A stretch of 13,888 nucleotides of DNA, taken from assembly GCA_964368365.1 (NCBI GenBank), contig CAYJBK010000008.1, forward strand, positions 1 through 13,888, written 5' to 3'. Source of the stretch: an uncultured Candidatus Saccharibacteria bacterium. Lineage in GTDB: Bacteria > Patescibacteriota > Minisyncoccia > Phycocordibacterales > JBBUBG01. The notes beneath the pieces are model-generated. The model did not search any database. It was not told where the DNA came from and saw only the letters and a program-made list of their open reading frames with translations. Both the position numbers and the translations under genes were made by a program. The number at the start of each line of letters is the position of its first letter. Position 1 is the first letter of the stretch. Positions 1-7,036 of this stretch are shown here, piece after piece.

Positions 1-2
1 AC

Positions 3-365
3 AACCTCCTTGAGCATCTGTACTCCCCCCATCCATTACTAATAAAAATCAAACGCTACCTTAAGCCGAATGGAATTGTGTTACTCGGCGTTCCCTGCAT
101 CCCCAAGATTGTCTCGCTTCTCCATATACAGAAGTTTCGAGGCAGCCTTTCGCTTGAACATATAAACTTCTTTACGAAAGATACATTAGTAAAAACCACG
201 GAAAGAGCGGGCTGGGAAGTTAAAACGGCCCGAGGCTTTCGTTTTGAAAACAGCATTCTTGACCATCTCCTTGACCCCATTTATCCGCACTTCTACGTTG
301 TGGCAAGCGAAGATACACAGTTCAGATATTCTGATAAAAGAATGAAGGAGCTCGGCGGCTACTGA
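3..365 (+). CDS. C-terminal fragment of a class I SAM-dependent methyltransferase (5' end lies outside the window)
   Basis: The frame of track ORF 78..365 stays open back to the window edge (…NLLEHLYSPHPLLIKIKRYLKPNGIVLLGVPCIPK…). 'R.LKPNG.v.L' is the conserved post-motif-II segment of Rossmann-fold SAM MTases. Stop TGA at 363-365, overlapping the stop of the convergent gene 359..3031 by 7 nt. Confidence 0.5.
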   Translation, partial: NLLEHLYSPHPLLIKIKRYLKPNGIVLLGVPCIPKIVSLLHIQKFRGSLSLEHINFFTKDTLVKTTERAGWEVKTARGFRFENSILDHLLDPIYPHFYVVASEDTQFRYSDKRMKELGGY

Positions 366-3031
366 GCAGTAAGTACAGCCTGGCTTCTGCCAACTTCCTC
401 TGGTCCCCGGTGGCAGTACACCAGCTCAAACTGCTGACCACGAGTCGAAGAAATGGAAACCTGGACTATGCCGTGCTGGCGTCCGTTTACGAAAAACCAT
501 GGATATGGTTCCGACCACGCCTGTCCTTTGGGTACGAGCGCAATCCAATCCCCGTCTTTCACTACACCATCCTGTGCCCACCACATAAGGTTTATAGCCT
601 CCTGTGTCTGGCTAGAGAGAAAAGTACGCCCAGGAGACAACGCCACACTACCGGAAAATGGGGCAACGTGAACTGACGCAAGTCGTCCCGCTTCGTTCTG
701 GGTGTCGTTTCTGTAATACACAAGATCGTACGTACCGGGAATTGCGGGAACCGGAAGCTCTCGTGATCCGCTCTTCGCACCACCGGTATATCCCCAACCA
801 TATCCCTGAGTCCAGTCCTCACCCTGCGGTACAAAAGCCACCCAGTCCTTGGGTGTGGTCTCGATAGGTGTCGACCAGGACACCGCAACAGTTGAAGCTG
901 CGGAAAGCGAGAGAGACGGGAGAGAAACCGTCGTGACCCCCTGAAGCAGAGGAGTAACGGTAATCTTAAGAGACGCAGCGTAGCTCTCTCCACCACTTCC
1001 CGTACATCGGGCAGTAAACGACGTATCCTGCGTGAGGATACCGGTCCATCCTGACCACGTGGGAACCTGGGTTTGCTGACCCGCGCCATACGCACCGCCC
1101 GCAATCGTACAGAATGCAACACCCGGCGCGCTGAGCGAAAGCGTTGAGAACTCTCCGGAAGAAATAGTAGAAGGACTCGCAGAAAGCGTTATGACGCCAG
1201 ACGTACTCGTAAAGGTAGAAGGAGTAGCCGGGGCGAGAGTAGAGGCCGGAGCACTCACTGACCCAGTAGTAGGCACAGTCGTTGCTGGGGGCACCACAGG
1301 TGTTGCTGCCGATGTCGTTGTACTCTGTTGAATACTGCTCCTTCCTGATGCACTCGAGCACGTGCCGCTGTCTCGTAACGGAATACAGAAGGAGCCCGCA
1401 TACCACGAAGCGTTGGAGTCATCCAGGCCCGCATAGTATCCGCGGAGAACGTCTGGCGTGTATCCGAGGGGCGAGGACCACGGTTTTATAAGCGTCGGAT
1501 ATGCGAGCTGTGTGGTATCAGTCACGAGACGAGACAGTGCGAGCGACCGCTTGTCCCACGTAATGCCATCATCGTCACTGGAAAAGATAACCAGCTTTTT
1601 CTTATGAGCTCCCAGGACTCGGAGAACGTTGTCGCTGTCTATCTGAAGCTGCGGATAGCTCCCCAAGCAGCCCAGCGAAAGACGGGTGCTCGTAAAAATT
1701 CCGTCGAGCCCCTCCTTCATAAGATAGTTGCAGTCGTTACCGACACTCGGGCTCTTATGATAGAGGGCGTAAAGTCTCCCCTGCTGGTTAAACGACATAT
1801 CCGATCCGAAAATAAAGGAGCTTACTCCGTCTGCAGCCGGAACCGTATCCGAAAAAACTTTCTGAAATGCACCACCGGAATATCGGTAGACCGCAATGCC
1901 TGTATATTCCGCAGAACTTTTCCAGTCGCGCCGGAGCTCGTTCACCGCCACGTAGGTGGTGCCGTTCGGAGAAATAGCAAACTGCAAATACGCAAGCTTG
2001 GATGTTGTATCAAGCTTGGGAACGAAATCAAACCGGGGCGCCGAGACACCAAGCGAGAATACATGATTATTAAAATCGGCATTGGTAGCCAGGGACCCAA
2101 GCACAGTGCCTGATGCAGGATTTACGGCAATGTTCATATACCCATACGACTCTTGAACCCACTCATTGCTGTTGAGGAATGAGTGTACGAAGTCAACGGA
2201 TCCATCCGAATTCCGTCCGTTGAATACCAGGTGGTAGTACCGGGTATTATCTTGCGCCGTGACGCCACCCCCCGAACACTCATGATTCTGCGGCATACAA
2301 TCAAAAACAATGTGTACATCCCCTCGCGTATCCATCACGATCCCCGGAAGCTGATGCAGGTAGTTAAAAAATCGTCCGGTGAAAACCCAGGAAGATTCTC
2401 CCGTGCGTTTTTTATACACCCATGCGACGCGGTTGTTTACATCGGCCTGAAAACGAGAAAAAACCGCGTACGACCACACAGGACCCACAACCATCTTTGG
2501 CAGGTGTGCATTCCACGTTGACGGTGCGGTAATACTGCGCTCCGCGTCAATCGTAATAATGTCGTCGACTATGGAAAATGCTTGACCAGACTCCGCAGCC
2601 GTCACAACTGGCTGCTGGAAATCCAGAAAAGAAACGAGGGCAGGCTCGTCTCCGTCTGCAGAAGAAGACGCCTCGCCCTCTGCCGTTTCCCGCGCTTCGT
2701 TAAATTCATTTGTCCGCTCACGAGTTCGGGTGTCAAACTCCCCGGTCTCAGCGATACCAAAAAACCGCTGAAGACTTTTTACCGCTTTCGTGGTACGTGA
2801 AAAGTAGTTACCGGTAATGGGTCCGCTGTAGAGCTTTTCATCAGTGAGATATCTTTGCAGTTTCGTAACGTCGGTGCTGTTTTCCAGCCCGTATCTCAAA
2901 TTGCGCGCGAAAGAAACAAAGGCGAGCGAGTATTCTGACGTGGTCTCCACATACCGGGCAAGGCCCACGGGTGCAAAGAGTAGGCCCAGAAGAAAGCTGA
3001 GGGCGAGAAGCTTTCGTTTGGCATCATTCAT
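359..3031 (-). CDS. Large secreted multidomain surface protein: signal peptide, peptidoglycan-binding (PG_binding_1-like) domain, acidic linker, BNR/Asp-box-containing beta-propeller-like region, Ser/Thr/Pro-rich linker and three C-terminal ~95-aa beta-domain repeats
   Basis: 890-aa ORF. N-terminus MNDAKRKLLALSFLLGLLFAPVGLARY is a signal peptide. Residues ~45-100 (VTKLQRYLTDEKLYSGPITGNYFSRTTKAVKSLQRFFGIAETGEFD) match the PG_binding_1 pattern. There is one canonical Asp-box, SSDDDGITW (S-x-D-x-G-x-T-W), at aa ~484-492. Linker aa ~560-612 is STTTSAATPVVPPATTVPTTGSVSAPASTLAPATPSTFTSTS. C-terminal repeats share DW[VI]A[FL]VP.G..W…Y.W (DWVAFVPQGEDWTQGYGW / DWIALVPKGQAWSEPYPW). Confidence 0.75.
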   Translation of the reverse strand: MNDAKRKLLALSFLLGLLFAPVGLARYVETTSEYSLAFVSFARNLRYGLENSTDVTKLQRYLTDEKLYSGPITGNYFSRTTKAVKSLQRFFGIAETGEFDTRTRERTNEFNEARETAEGEASSSADGDEPALVSFLDFQQPVVTAAESGQAFSIVDDIITIDAERSITAPSTWNAHLPKMVVGPVWSYAVFSRFQADVNNRVAWVYKKRTGESSWVFTGRFFNYLHQLPGIVMDTRGDVHIVFDCMPQNHECSGGGVTAQDNTRYYHLVFNGRNSDGSVDFVHSFLNSNEWVQESYGYMNIAVNPASGTVLGSLATNADFNNHVFSLGVSAPRFDFVPKLDTTSKLAYLQFAISPNGTTYVAVNELRRDWKSSAEYTGIAVYRYSGGAFQKVFSDTVPAADGVSSFIFGSDMSFNQQGRLYALYHKSPSVGNDCNYLMKEGLDGIFTSTRLSLGCLGSYPQLQIDSDNVLRVLGAHKKKLVIFSSDDDGITWDKRSLALSRLVTDTTQLAYPTLIKPWSSPLGYTPDVLRGYYAGLDDSNASWYAGSFCIPLRDSGTCSSASGRSSIQQSTTTSAATPVVPPATTVPTTGSVSAPASTLAPATPSTFTSTSGVITLSASPSTISSGEFSTLSLSAPGVAFCTIAGGAYGAGQQTQVPTWSGWTGILTQDTSFTARCTGSGGESYAASLKITVTPLLQGVTTVSLPSLSLSAASTVAVSWSTPIETTPKDWVAFVPQGEDWTQGYGWGYTGGAKSGSRELPVPAIPGTYDLVYYRNDTQNEAGRLASVHVAPFSGSVALSPGRTFLSSQTQEAINLMWWAQDGVVKDGDWIALVPKGQAWSEPYPWFFVNGRQHGIVQVSISSTRGQQFELVYCHRGPEEVGRSQAVLTAQ

Positions 3032-3185
3032 AGGGTAATGATACCACCGTCAGGTGACCCCGACCTATGAATCGACGGGGATAACTACCTGTCCGCCCGG
3101 AGGGAATCGAGTATCACTTTTATCACGCAGATACGTTAGATATCCACAGTCTTATTAGAACTAGCTATGATATACTTCATTATAT
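3032..3185. promoter_or_regulatory. Divergent intergenic region, expected to carry the promoters for 359..3031 (-) and 3186..3920 (+)
   Basis: AT-rich 3' half (…cttattagaactagctatgatatacttcattatatATG) with several TATA-like hexamers. A short GC hairpin (CCCCGaC…GaCGGGG, ~3058-3085) lies just upstream of the minus-strand start. No exact -35/-10 assignment is possible by eye. Confidence 0.3.
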
Positions 3186-3920
3186 ATGGCCACTAGTTCA
3201 ATAAGTATTTCTCACAGGCACTGGTCTTTAAAAGAGAAGGCCCGTGCGCTCCGTGCTGAAGGAAAAAGTTTCTCGGAAATCATGCGCGAGGTCCCGGTAG
3301 CAAAATCTACGATAAGTCTATGGTGCAAAAATATTAGCCTTACCGAAGATCAGAGATCGCGCCTCGCATCAAAAAAGAAAGGTAACTACATGAATGGTAT
3401 TCGAGCCATTCAAACAATGTTCTGGGGCAAGCAGTGCGATGCGTTTCAAGCAGGTCAGGAAAAATATAAACTCTTCAAAAACGACCCGGAATTTGTTGCC
3501 GGCCTCATGCTCTATTGGGCAGAGGGAAGCAAAACCAGCGTTGCGGCGCTTGCAAACTCCGATGCAGATATGATCAAGTTTATTACTAATTGGTTTAAGA
3601 AATTTTTTGGATTACCGACCACTTCTTTCAGTATTCACCTACATATGCATTCCGGTCAAAACGAGCGAGAAATTAAGGAGTACTGGTCCGGCATTACCGC
3701 AATACCCTTGCTCAATTTCCAAAAAAGCTTTATAAAGCCAGAGGGGTCAGGGTACAGAAAAAACTTGCTCTACAAAGGAACCGTGAAAGTTAGCGCACGT
3801 GGAAAAGGAAGCACCTATCTTCTCTACACCATATTTGGTTCAATCGCCCAGTTTCTCGAAGACACAACCAACAAAAAGGCCCGAGTGGAGAGTTGGCTCG
3901 AGAAGTTACAATACGCATAA
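3186..3920 (+). CDS. HTH-domain protein with LAGLIDADG-like (homing-endonuclease-like) C-terminal domain
   Basis: 244-aa ORF. The N-terminus (LKEKARALRAEGKSFSEIMREVPVAKSTISLWCKN) is a resolvase/transposase-type helix-turn-helix. 'PEFVAGLMLYWAEGSKTS…ADMIKFITNWFKKFFGLP' resembles the LAGLIDADG helix (acidic residue, then G-S) followed by the alpha/beta core, as in LAGLIDADG_3-type proteins. Lower GC than the neighbouring genes. Stops 6 nt before tRNA-Lys. Confidence 0.45.
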   Translation: MATSSISISHRHWSLKEKARALRAEGKSFSEIMREVPVAKSTISLWCKNISLTEDQRSRLASKKKGNYMNGIRAIQTMFWGKQCDAFQAGQEKYKLFKNDPEFVAGLMLYWAEGSKTSVAALANSDADMIKFITNWFKKFFGLPTTSFSIHLHMHSGQNEREIKEYWSGITAIPLLNFQKSFIKPEGSGYRKNLLYKGTVKVSARGKGSTYLLYTIFGSIAQFLEDTTNKKARVESWLEKLQYA

Positions 3921-3926
3921 GTATAT

Positions 3927-3999
3927 CCGCCCGTAGCTCAGTTGGTAGAGCAGCTCGCTCTTAACGAGATGGTCGGGGGTTCAATTCCCTCCGGGCGGA
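3927..3999 (+). tRNA. tRNA-Lys (anticodon CTT)
   Basis: Hand-folded cloverleaf. Acceptor CCGCCCG/CGGGCGG (7 bp). T8A9, D-arm GCTC-AGTTGGTA-GAGC. Anticodon stem GCTCG/CGAGA (4 bp plus a 27-43 mismatch), loop CTCTTAA (U33, anticodon CTT, A37). Variable loop TGGTC. T-arm GGGGG-TTCAATT-CCCTC. Discriminator A. CCA not encoded. Near-identical in layout to E. coli tRNA-Lys. Confidence 0.85.
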
Positions 4000-4039
4000 C
4001 AAGATTAGGCAAGGAAACGTGGTATTATAACTACCACTT

Positions 4040-4121
4040 GGGCAGGTGGCGTAACTGGTAGCCGCGTGGGCCTTAGAAGCCCATGCCGAAAGGCGTGGAG
4101 GTTCAAATCCTCTCCTGCCCA
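4040..4121 (+). tRNA. tRNA-Leu (anticodon TAG), class II with long variable arm
   Basis: Acceptor GGGCAGG/CCTGCCC. D-arm GCG-TAACTGGTAGC-CGC. Anticodon stem TGGGC/GCCCA with loop CTTAGAA (anticodon TAG). Long variable arm TGCCGAAAGGCGT (GCC/GGC stem, GAAA loop). T-arm GGAGG-TTCAAAT-CCTCT. Discriminator A. Confidence 0.85.
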
Positions 4122-4184
4122 TAAAGAACTGACAAATTCACAAAATACCCTTATTTTACGAGCCTTATTTGCTCATCCTGGGAC

Positions 4185-4213
4185 TTGACAAATACGGTGT
4201 TTTGATATATAAT
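4185..4213 (+). promoter_or_regulatory. Consensus sigma70-type promoter (TTGACA - 17 nt - TATAAT) for the SPFH module
   Basis: ggacTTGACAaatacggtgttttgataTATAATagc: exact -35 and -10 hexamers with a 17-nt spacer in an AT-rich intergenic region ~160 nt upstream of the ATG at 4374. Confidence 0.6.
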
Positions 4214-4341
4214 AGCAGAGGATACGAAAAGGCAGAATTGTAGCCTTTGGTGAGACCTTTAACACCACCTTAAGTATAGAAATTATGCGCTCGACATGTC
4301 GTCGGGCGTACTCACGTTTCCCGTTCACTGTTCCCCTACCC

Positions 4342-4366
4342 GTCTTGCTTCGGCAAGACAAAGGAG
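4342..4366 (+). promoter_or_regulatory. Leader stem-loop (7-bp stem, UUCG tetraloop) immediately 5' of the Shine-Dalgarno AAGGAG
   Basis: GTCTTGC-TTCG-GCAAGAC at ~4342-4359, followed directly by aAAGGAG (4361-4366) and ATG at 4374. Not followed by a U-run, so it is not a terminator. Likely an mRNA 5' structural or stability element. Confidence 0.4.
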
Positions 4367-4373
4367 ATCTGCA

Positions 4374-5516
4374 ATGTCTACTTTCGCCTGGGTCGGTCTC
4401 GCCTTTCTCGCGTTCAACATCGGACTCATTGTCTTGATGTGGAAGCGACCGGGAACGACCGACCCCTGGTCCGCCGGCGTTGGCCGCTTCCTTTCCCTAA
4501 GGAGCGGATTCTACGCTGGCTATGTGATCAACCTCACACTGCTCCTCCTGGAGTTCATCCTGTGCATGATCTTCCCGACCTCTCATCCGTGGTTCCTCTT
4601 TGCCGGCGTCGCTATCATCTCGATTGCGTACTTCGGACTCTGGGGCATCACAACCATCGAAACGGGCATCGAAGGAGCCCTGGTGTTCTTGTTCGCCTGG
4701 GTCATGGACCCAAGCCCACCACCACCTCCTGCTGCCCAGGTGCTCAAGAGAGGAAAGGGTGTCTACTGGACACTGCCGCCTCCGTTCGGCGGATTCGAAA
4801 CGATTGAGATCCGGGAACGGGTCTCACGGTTCGGATTCGTGGACGAGAAGACAGCCGCAGTCGGGTTTAAGATCTACACCAATGATGGAATCGTCCACCA
4901 GGTGTTCGGGTCCATAACCTGGTTCATCGAGGACATCGCCCATGTGCTGACTCACAGCACGAAGCCGATCCACGAAGTGCTGAAAAACCTGGCACAAGAA
5001 GAGATCAAGCAGGATGCGTCAGGCGTAGCGTCAGATGTGTTCTGCAATCAGATCAATACTGTTGCCAACCAGACGGCGGAGAGAATCAAGGCAGCAATGG
5101 CCGCGGTCGCAGCTGCTCACGGCGTACGTGTCGAACTCGTGCAGATCACGCAAGTCGATCCGCCCAAGTCCGTCGTCGACGCCAAGGCCAAGGTTGCCCA
5201 GGAGAGGGCAGAGAAGGAAGCCGAGGAAATCGAGATCGCGCACGTTACAAAAATGGTTCAAGAGCTTCGTACGAAAAACAAGAAGCTCTCCCACGCCGAC
5301 GCACTCAGAGCTGTCATGGCTGAGCGCGGCAAGCTGGTGTGGAAGTACGACGATTACCCTACCGACTACAGCCTCGACATCAAGGGGCTGCCGGACGGGC
5401 TGACAAGCATTAACGTCGTAGGCGCCCCGGGCACTCGTGGGCCCGGTTCCGGCGGAAAAAAGAAAAACCCGAATAGCGGAGGAGGCAGCAGTGGCAACCC
5501 CGGCAACACCCCCTAG
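4374..5516 (+). CDS. Polytopic membrane protein with C-terminal SPFH/band-7 (HflK/C-, stomatin-, flotillin-like) domain
   Basis: Track ORF 4296..5516. The start is chosen at ATG 4374 (MSTFAWVGL…) because of AAGGAG 8 nt upstream. Three to four predicted TM helices (FAWVGLAFLAFNIGLIVLMW; YAGYVINLTLLLLEFILCMIF; WFLFAGVAIISIAYFGLWGI; GALVFLFAWVM), then PSPPPPPAAQ. The C-terminal segment GVRVELVQITQVDPPKSVVDAKAKVAQERAEKEAEEIEIAHV is the characteristic SPFH 'v.i.dv.pp..v..a...aereaea' helix region. Gly/Ser-rich disordered tail. GC-rich coding sequence. Confidence 0.6.
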   Translation: MSTFAWVGLAFLAFNIGLIVLMWKRPGTTDPWSAGVGRFLSLRSGFYAGYVINLTLLLLEFILCMIFPTSHPWFLFAGVAIISIAYFGLWGITTIETGIEGALVFLFAWVMDPSPPPPPAAQVLKRGKGVYWTLPPPFGGFETIEIRERVSRFGFVDEKTAAVGFKIYTNDGIVHQVFGSITWFIEDIAHVLTHSTKPIHEVLKNLAQEEIKQDASGVASDVFCNQINTVANQTAERIKAAMAAVAAAHGVRVELVQITQVDPPKSVVDAKAKVAQERAEKEAEEIEIAHVTKMVQELRTKNKKLSHADALRAVMAERGKLVWKYDDYPTDYSLDIKGLPDGLTSINVVGAPGTRGPGSGGKKKNPNSGGGSSGNPGNTP

Positions 5517-6105
5517 TGCTCCAGTGGTGCCACCAGTACACACGAGACGCGCCCCTGGGTGTCTCGTGCTCGTAATTGTGGCGCTTGTGTTCGCGCTCGG
5601 GTTCGCGTACTCCCTGTTCTCCCTCTTCTCTTCGAGCAGTGGGGCTACGGTACGCGCGACGTCGGGCTGGAAGATTAAGTACTTCTACATGTACTCGAAA
5701 AAGTACGGGAAGGACCCGGAGCAGGCTCGCCCCACGGCAACGATCACAGACTTCGTCGAAGATCGCGGCACGGGTAGGCTCTCGCTCTCCTACGACGACC
5801 CCGAGGTCGGGCCCGTGACGTTCCAGTCGACCTGGAACCCGGAAAAGAAGGTTCTCGCAGGGCAGGTACCACGAGGCGAGCAGAGTGTCATCAAGTTCCG
5901 CAAGGAGCTGGATGGCTACTATCTCGTCGAGTGGGAGAATGCCGAGGGTCGAGGTACGGTATACCTCACACGAGTTGCTGGTTCACGGCACCTCGAAGGA
6001 TACACGGTCAACAAGAGACCGCTAGACAAAGGTGGTGAGACAATAGAAGAAGACACCTTCATCGATCGGTACGTCATGATCACGGCACCCCCTCCGGGCG
6101 CGTGA
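5437..6105 (+). CDS. Single-pass membrane protein of unknown function, co-transcribed with the SPFH gene (possible SPFH partner)
   Basis: 222-aa ORF. The start is uncertain: ATG 5437 overlaps the upstream gene by 80 nt, and an in-frame GTG at ~5524 lies just after the upstream stop. Pro/Ala-rich N-terminus, one TM helix (CLVLVIVALVFALGFAYSLFSLF), then a ~150-aa soluble domain with no motif I can recognise. Ends 27 nt before a strong terminator hairpin. Confidence 0.55.
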   Translation: MGPVPAEKRKTRIAEEAAVATPATPPSAPVVPPVHTRRAPGCLVLVIVALVFALGFAYSLFSLFSSSSGATVRATSGWKIKYFYMYSKKYGKDPEQARPTATITDFVEDRGTGRLSLSYDDPEVGPVTFQSTWNPEKKVLAGQVPRGEQSVIKFRKELDGYYLVEWENAEGRGTVYLTRVAGSRHLEGYTVNKRPLDKGGETIEEDTFIDRYVMITAPPPGA

Positions 6106-6132
6106 TCATACGCGGCTAATCGGTGAAAAGGC

Positions 6133-6181
6133 AGAGCCCCGCACGTCGTCTCACGACACGTGACGGGGCTCTCGAATTTTT
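6133..6181. terminator. Bidirectional rho-independent terminator between convergent transcription units
   Basis: AGAGCCCCG…(cacgtcgtctcacgacacgtga)…CGGGGCTCT long GC-rich hairpin with an internal GTCGT/ACGAC sub-stem. Followed by TTTTTAT on the plus strand and preceded by GAAAAG (a U-run for the minus-strand transcript). Lies between the stop at 6105 (+) and the stop at 6200 (-). Confidence 0.6.
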
Positions 6182-6199
6182 ATACGATATTTTCTCTCC

Positions 6200-6490
6200 C
6201 TACTGCAATGACTTTATCGACTCGATGATGAAGTTGGTGAGACCGAAAGCAGATACCATAATGAAGAGTCCTATAAGACCGTAGATGATATGCTGCTTCC
6301 CAACATCTCGAGTCTTGTCGTCTGCTTGAATAAACTGAATCACTCCCCAGAGAAAGTAGAGGAACGCGACCCCAAAGAGAAGTCCGATGATGGGATTCAC
6401 CACATTCACCTTAATCCTGTCGAGGAGAGGCAGAGTTGACTCTCCTGCCGCGTACGCCTCCGTTGCAAGCAGTGACAAGATCCCGTTCAT
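6200..6490 (-). CDS. Small membrane protein, paralog 1 of a tandem family with a two-helix hairpin core (TrbC/VirB2-like pilin architecture)
   Basis: 96 aa. Core PIIGLLFGVAFLYFLWGVIQFIQADDKTRDVGKQHIIYGLIGLFIMVSAFGL aligns with the four upstream paralogs (hydrophobic helix, short charged loop, hydrophobic helix). The N-terminus is only weakly signal-like (no basic residues). Starts 9 nt after the paralog 2 stop. Confidence 0.65.
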   Translation of the reverse strand: MNGILSLLATEAYAAGESTLPLLDRIKVNVVNPIIGLLFGVAFLYFLWGVIQFIQADDKTRDVGKQHIIYGLIGLFIMVSAFGLTNFIIESIKSLQ

Positions 6491-6499
6491 CCAGAAAAA

Positions 6500-6946
6500 C
6501 TAGTTCCCAAATGCACCACTCCCACGAGGGTTGTTGCCTGGTATAAGACGAGGGTTCTGCTGTTGGATAGCTTTCGGTATGATCGATTCAACATTTCCAA
6601 TGCTATCCTGTCCAACCCCGAACGTGTTTCCAATTACACGAACAAGACCCCACACGGACACCATCACAAAAAGTGCGATAATACCCTGGATCATGCGCTC
6701 GCGTCCCTCTGTGCGAGCCTCCGTATCCTTTGCCTTAAATATGTATTCTGCCAAGCCATAGAAGAAGTATAGGAGAGCGAGGACAAGAAGAATCGGGATA
6801 CCCAGATCCATCAAATTCTTAATCGTAAGAACAATCGTTGTGACTGTTGTATTCTGAGAAGTACCTTGTGCAAACGCTGCGAGCGGGAGTGCGAGAGCAG
6901 CTGCTCCCACAATCGACGCACGAACTGTTCTGAGAACCTTTTTCAT
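6500..6946 (-). CDS. Secreted small membrane protein, paralog 2 (TrbC/VirB2-like pilin architecture)
   Basis: 148 aa. Signal peptide MKKVLRTVRASIVGAAALALPLAAFA|QG (AxA site). Core LLVLALLYFFYGLAEYIFKAKDTEARTEGRERMIQGIIALFVMVSVWGLVRVIGNTF. Gly/Pro/Asn-rich C-terminal tail. A ~90-nt AT-rich spacer upstream may carry an internal promoter. Confidence 0.7.
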   Translation of the reverse strand: MKKVLRTVRASIVGAAALALPLAAFAQGTSQNTTVTTIVLTIKNLMDLGIPILLVLALLYFFYGLAEYIFKAKDTEARTEGRERMIQGIIALFVMVSVWGLVRVIGNTFGVGQDSIGNVESIIPKAIQQQNPRLIPGNNPRGSGAFGN

Positions 6947-7036
6947 GATCGTAGCTTTTTATATTAAAAACTTATTTTTTTATAGTGACCTTATTCTACC
7001 CCCTAGCACACTACCTGTCTACGAGTTATCCACCAA

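Noticed and set aside
592-2113. Track ORFs 592..1122(-), 966..1406(-), 1604..2113(+), 2183..2521(+) and others inside 359..3031
   Set aside because: They lie in alternative frames or antisense to the well-supported 890-aa gene. Their translations are Arg/Cys-rich low complexity typical of out-of-frame GC-rich sequence.
4173-4361. 62-aa minus-strand ORF in the SPFH leader
   Set aside because: It overlaps the consensus promoter and leader of the plus-strand module and has no RBS or any recognisable feature.
5437-5523. 80-nt overlap between the SPFH gene and the following gene
   Set aside because: It is not treated as a real long overlap with certainty. An in-frame GTG at ~5524, just after the upstream stop, is an equally plausible start. 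The overlapping part encodes only low-complexity Pro/Ala sequence.
4439-5543. ORFs 4439..4807, 4600..4917, 5035..5403 (+) and 5031..5543 (-) within the SPFH gene
   Set aside because: These are alternative frames of a GC-rich gene. Their Arg/Pro/Ser-rich translations are characteristic of spurious high-GC ORFs. The SPFH frame has coherent TM helices and domain motifs.
4114-6200. Possible integrated island with att duplication of the tRNA-Leu 3' end
   Set aside because: I looked for a direct repeat of the tRNA-Leu 3' half (…GGTTCAAATCCTCTCCTGCCCA) near the terminator at ~6106-6200 and elsewhere and found none. There is also no integrase in the window. The 'island' idea rests only on composition and tRNA adjacency.
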